Below, one piece after another: positions 61,112 through 64,000 of a stretch of 64,000 nucleotides of DNA. Both the position numbers and the translations under genes were made by a program. The notes beneath the pieces were generated by a model. It did no database searches and had not been told where the DNA came from. It was given only the letters and a program-made list of their open reading frames with translations. The stretch lies in the NCBI GenBank assembly GCA_965112155.1, contig OZ218098.1; one strand, 5' to 3'. Each line of letters begins with the position of its first letter. Position 1 is the first letter of the stretch. This DNA comes from Podarcis liolepis (lineage: Eukaryota).

Positions 61112-64000
61112 TACTGGGGAGAGGTTCTCAAAGAACTCAATGTGAGATAAGGCAACTCATCTCTTGGATCAGCCTCCATACCTATGGAGTGGAGAGTTTC
61201 CAAGGTAACACCATTTTTTAAAGGGATTGGTGGGAGGGGGGATCCTGAAAATTATAGGCTGGTTAGCTGGTGGAAAGTATTGTTAAAGATAAAATAATGA
61301 AGCATATAGAAGAACAAGCGTCACTGAAGCAGAGCCAGCATGGCTTCTGCAAGGACAAGTCCTGTTTCCTGTTTTTGAGAGTGTTAACAAGCATATAGAG
61401 AAGTGATTCAATTGACTTAGTGTGTGTGGACTTTCAAAAAGCTTTTGCCAAAGTATCTCACGAAAGACTCCTGAGAAACCTTAGTAGTCAGAGAATAAGA
61501 AGAGAGGTCCTCTTGTGGATCAGGAATTGTTTAAGTTGCAGGAAGCAAAGAGTAGGAATAAATGGACAATTCTCTAAATGGAGAGAAGTAGAAAGTGGAG
61601 TTCCCCAAGGATCAGTATTGGGACCTGTGTTTTTAAACATGTTCATAAGTTATCTAGAGTTAGCCGTGATTCAGTCTGAACAGCGTCTCCTGATTTAGAT
61701 AACAATTGAGACCAATGATCCTGTTCACCAAATCCCCATATAACTTCACCCAGCATCTGAATATAATACCATAAAGAATGTGAGCTCTGAACGGGGGACG
61801 GATGCAATACAGAGAGAAGAGAGGCAGGGATCTATTAAAAAGTCTATTGGAGCTGCAGCAGAGATGGCCAAGGAGGAAACAAGGGCAGCTGAGGAAAAGT
61901 GCAAGCAGAGTGGCAAAGCCAAGTGTGAAGAGAAAGGAGGAGCAGTCAAGGGGAGCAGCCCCCAGCCCCAGTGAGGAACAGTGAATCTCAGCAGCAGAAG
62001 CCACTGACAGCCTGAGAAACCGTGGAAGTGACACTGCGATTCATAATTAACTGTGGTTAGTTGTGCTTGGCTTGCATAGTTACATTTGCTATTTAGAATT
62101 AATGTTGGTGTTCATTGAGTATGTGTGTGTGTTGGTCAGTGGGGTGGGGCTGTGGCATGCGCCTGACCTCCCATTGCCCAGATCACTGCTGCTTACTAGG
62201 AAGGGAGAGGAGGAGGGGAGTCAGTCGTGTGGTCAGTGCTGTACAAATGCATCAGAGGAGCCAATCAGCTGAGTGTTGCCATCTTGCTGACTATAACCAA
62301 TACTTAGTTGACTTCAGAGTGGATGCTAGAAGTCAGTGCATTATGAGCGGAGGCTCCTCAGAGGTCCATATGCCAACTGGCCCTGTAGACCTGGAGCAGC
62401 TGTGGTGAGGGGCTTAGAATAACTATTACACTGAGCCTCACATCCAGCAAAATGAGAGAAGCAAAAGATATTCCATCCAAGAGGAGGAGGAGAAGATAGG
62501 TGAACAAGTTGGCTAAACAGGCAAAATCTAGGGCAAGTCAGATCTCACATAGGCTCCTTCAATATTGCAAGGTTTTACAAGTTGCTTGGAGACAACCAGC
62601 AAAGGAAAGACAAGATGTTATAAACTGTGAAGTGTAATGTGGTTGCTGTAATATTTTTTTTTTTTATCTGTTAGCAGGAGTCTCTCACTGTGTCTCAGTT
62701 GGAGTGACTGCAATTCCCTGGTTGGCCTCTGAAGTTGCCTGAGTTGTAGTTCCATAAGTGACTTGGATCCCTCTGTAAGGATCATAGTTCAGACTCTGTG
62801 ATGTCTGAAAAGTACAGTGGTTGTTTTCCCTTTATAAACCTAGTAAATCTGGGGCATTGTCTAGTTATCAAAAGGATTTTAAAAAGAAATAAAAAAGGGG
62901 ACATTTCTCTAATCTGCCATAGCACAGTCAGGAAAGCTATGTGTTTTGTTTTTTTAATAATTAAAAAACACTTTACAGTCAAACATTCTCAAACCTTATT
63001 GATAATGTGCTCTCTTACTAAACATGGCATCGTTGTTTCAATGAGCCTTTCTCCAAATCTAACAAGTAAACAGAATTTATAGCGCTATTTATAAAATTGC
63101 TTTCTGGGCTGACTTCCAGTATTTTAACTGATTGGAAGATAGTTTCTGCCACTATTGGATTCTCCTCCATGTCATGCAGCAAAATACTGCATCCATTTGT
63201 CTCCATTATTTCCAGCAGGTCTGAATGTTATCCACTGCAGGAGGAATGCAGCAACTGGTATTGCCTTCTCTAATGTGTATGTATTTTCCACCCATGTGGC
63301 TAACAGTAACTGCAGGGGTGGGGCTTGATTTAGATTGCAGAAATGGCATGGGGATGTCAGAATTGGGCCATTGGTAGATCATCCAGGTCCGGGAAACCAG
63401 AAGCTATGGGACAAGCGGGCAGTCAGGAGTTAGGACTGAAGATCAAGTCAGAACTGAAGAACAAGTCGTGAAGTAGGATCAAGAACAAGCCAGAAGTCAG
63501 GACTAAGAGCTAGTCCATACATAAGGATATGCAAGGAGGCAGGCTCAAGGAGCAAGCTAGAAAACTGAACCAAAGAGCATGCTAAAATGGGAGAATTAGG
63601 CAGAAGGTAGGACCAAGGATACAGCAACACACCAAAATTCAGGAACACCAGGTTCCTCAGGCAAGGCTCACCTGTAACAAGATACTTTTATACACTTTTC
63701 CCAGAATGATCCAATGATCAGCCTGGGTAGTTGGAGTCAGTTCAGGGTCTGAAGCTACTTCACTAGGAAGTTCAGTAGTTCTCCAAATAGAGGACCTTTA
63801 CACTGATCCAGCAGCTTCTAACAGTAGGCAAGGATAAAACATCCCCCTTTTTTTAGGTTAAACATCATCACATGTGGATATTTCAAGGCAATCTCAAACA
63901 ACAGTACTTAGATGTATGCTGACAGTATATGAAGAGACAATCTTGCCAGTTTGTGGGGAGCTTTTGGCACCTGCTAAGTATGACCATAATACATTTATTC
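60954..64000. repeat. Direct duplication, copy B (runs off right edge)
   Basis: Begins ttcggcagtc like position 1 and ends acatttattc like 3038-3047. Confidence 0.97.
61118..61662 (+). mobile_element. CR1 RT fragment (duplicate of 165-709)
   Basis: Same motifs as copy A. Confidence 0.9.

Overview
Eukaryotic, repeat-dense, apparently non-coding DNA from a squamate reptile. The Sauria SINE, Squam3-like and Squam2-like SINEs and Bov-B point to a lizard, most likely a lacertid (inference). I found no host protein-coding exon, tRNA, rRNA or CRISPR array that I can support; the ORFs with recognisable similarity are retroelement remnants. Content: CR1, L2, L1, RTE and Bov-B fragments; SINEs; many hAT-, Tc1/mariner- and Harbinger-type MITEs, several with intact TIRs and TSDs; Gypsy-type solo LTRs; and two Penelope-like fragments. 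Main points: (1) three otherwise dissimilar TG..CA solo LTRs each carry a sense reading frame from LTR nucleotide 2 (V-x-x-W, acidic tract, then P-x-S-P and a basic tail), suggesting Pol read-through into the LTR with a possible chromatin-tethering tail (hypothesis). (2) An 88-bp-arm Penelope pseudo-LTR palindrome contains an intact minimal hammerhead ribozyme core. (3) Bases 1-3047 recur, apparently identically, at 60954-64000 across a 200-N gap, most likely a false duplication. (4) Young hAT elements carry CpG-island/promoter-like cargo. Family names come from my recall of consensus sequences, not database searches; boundaries lacking a TIR/TSD are approximate.
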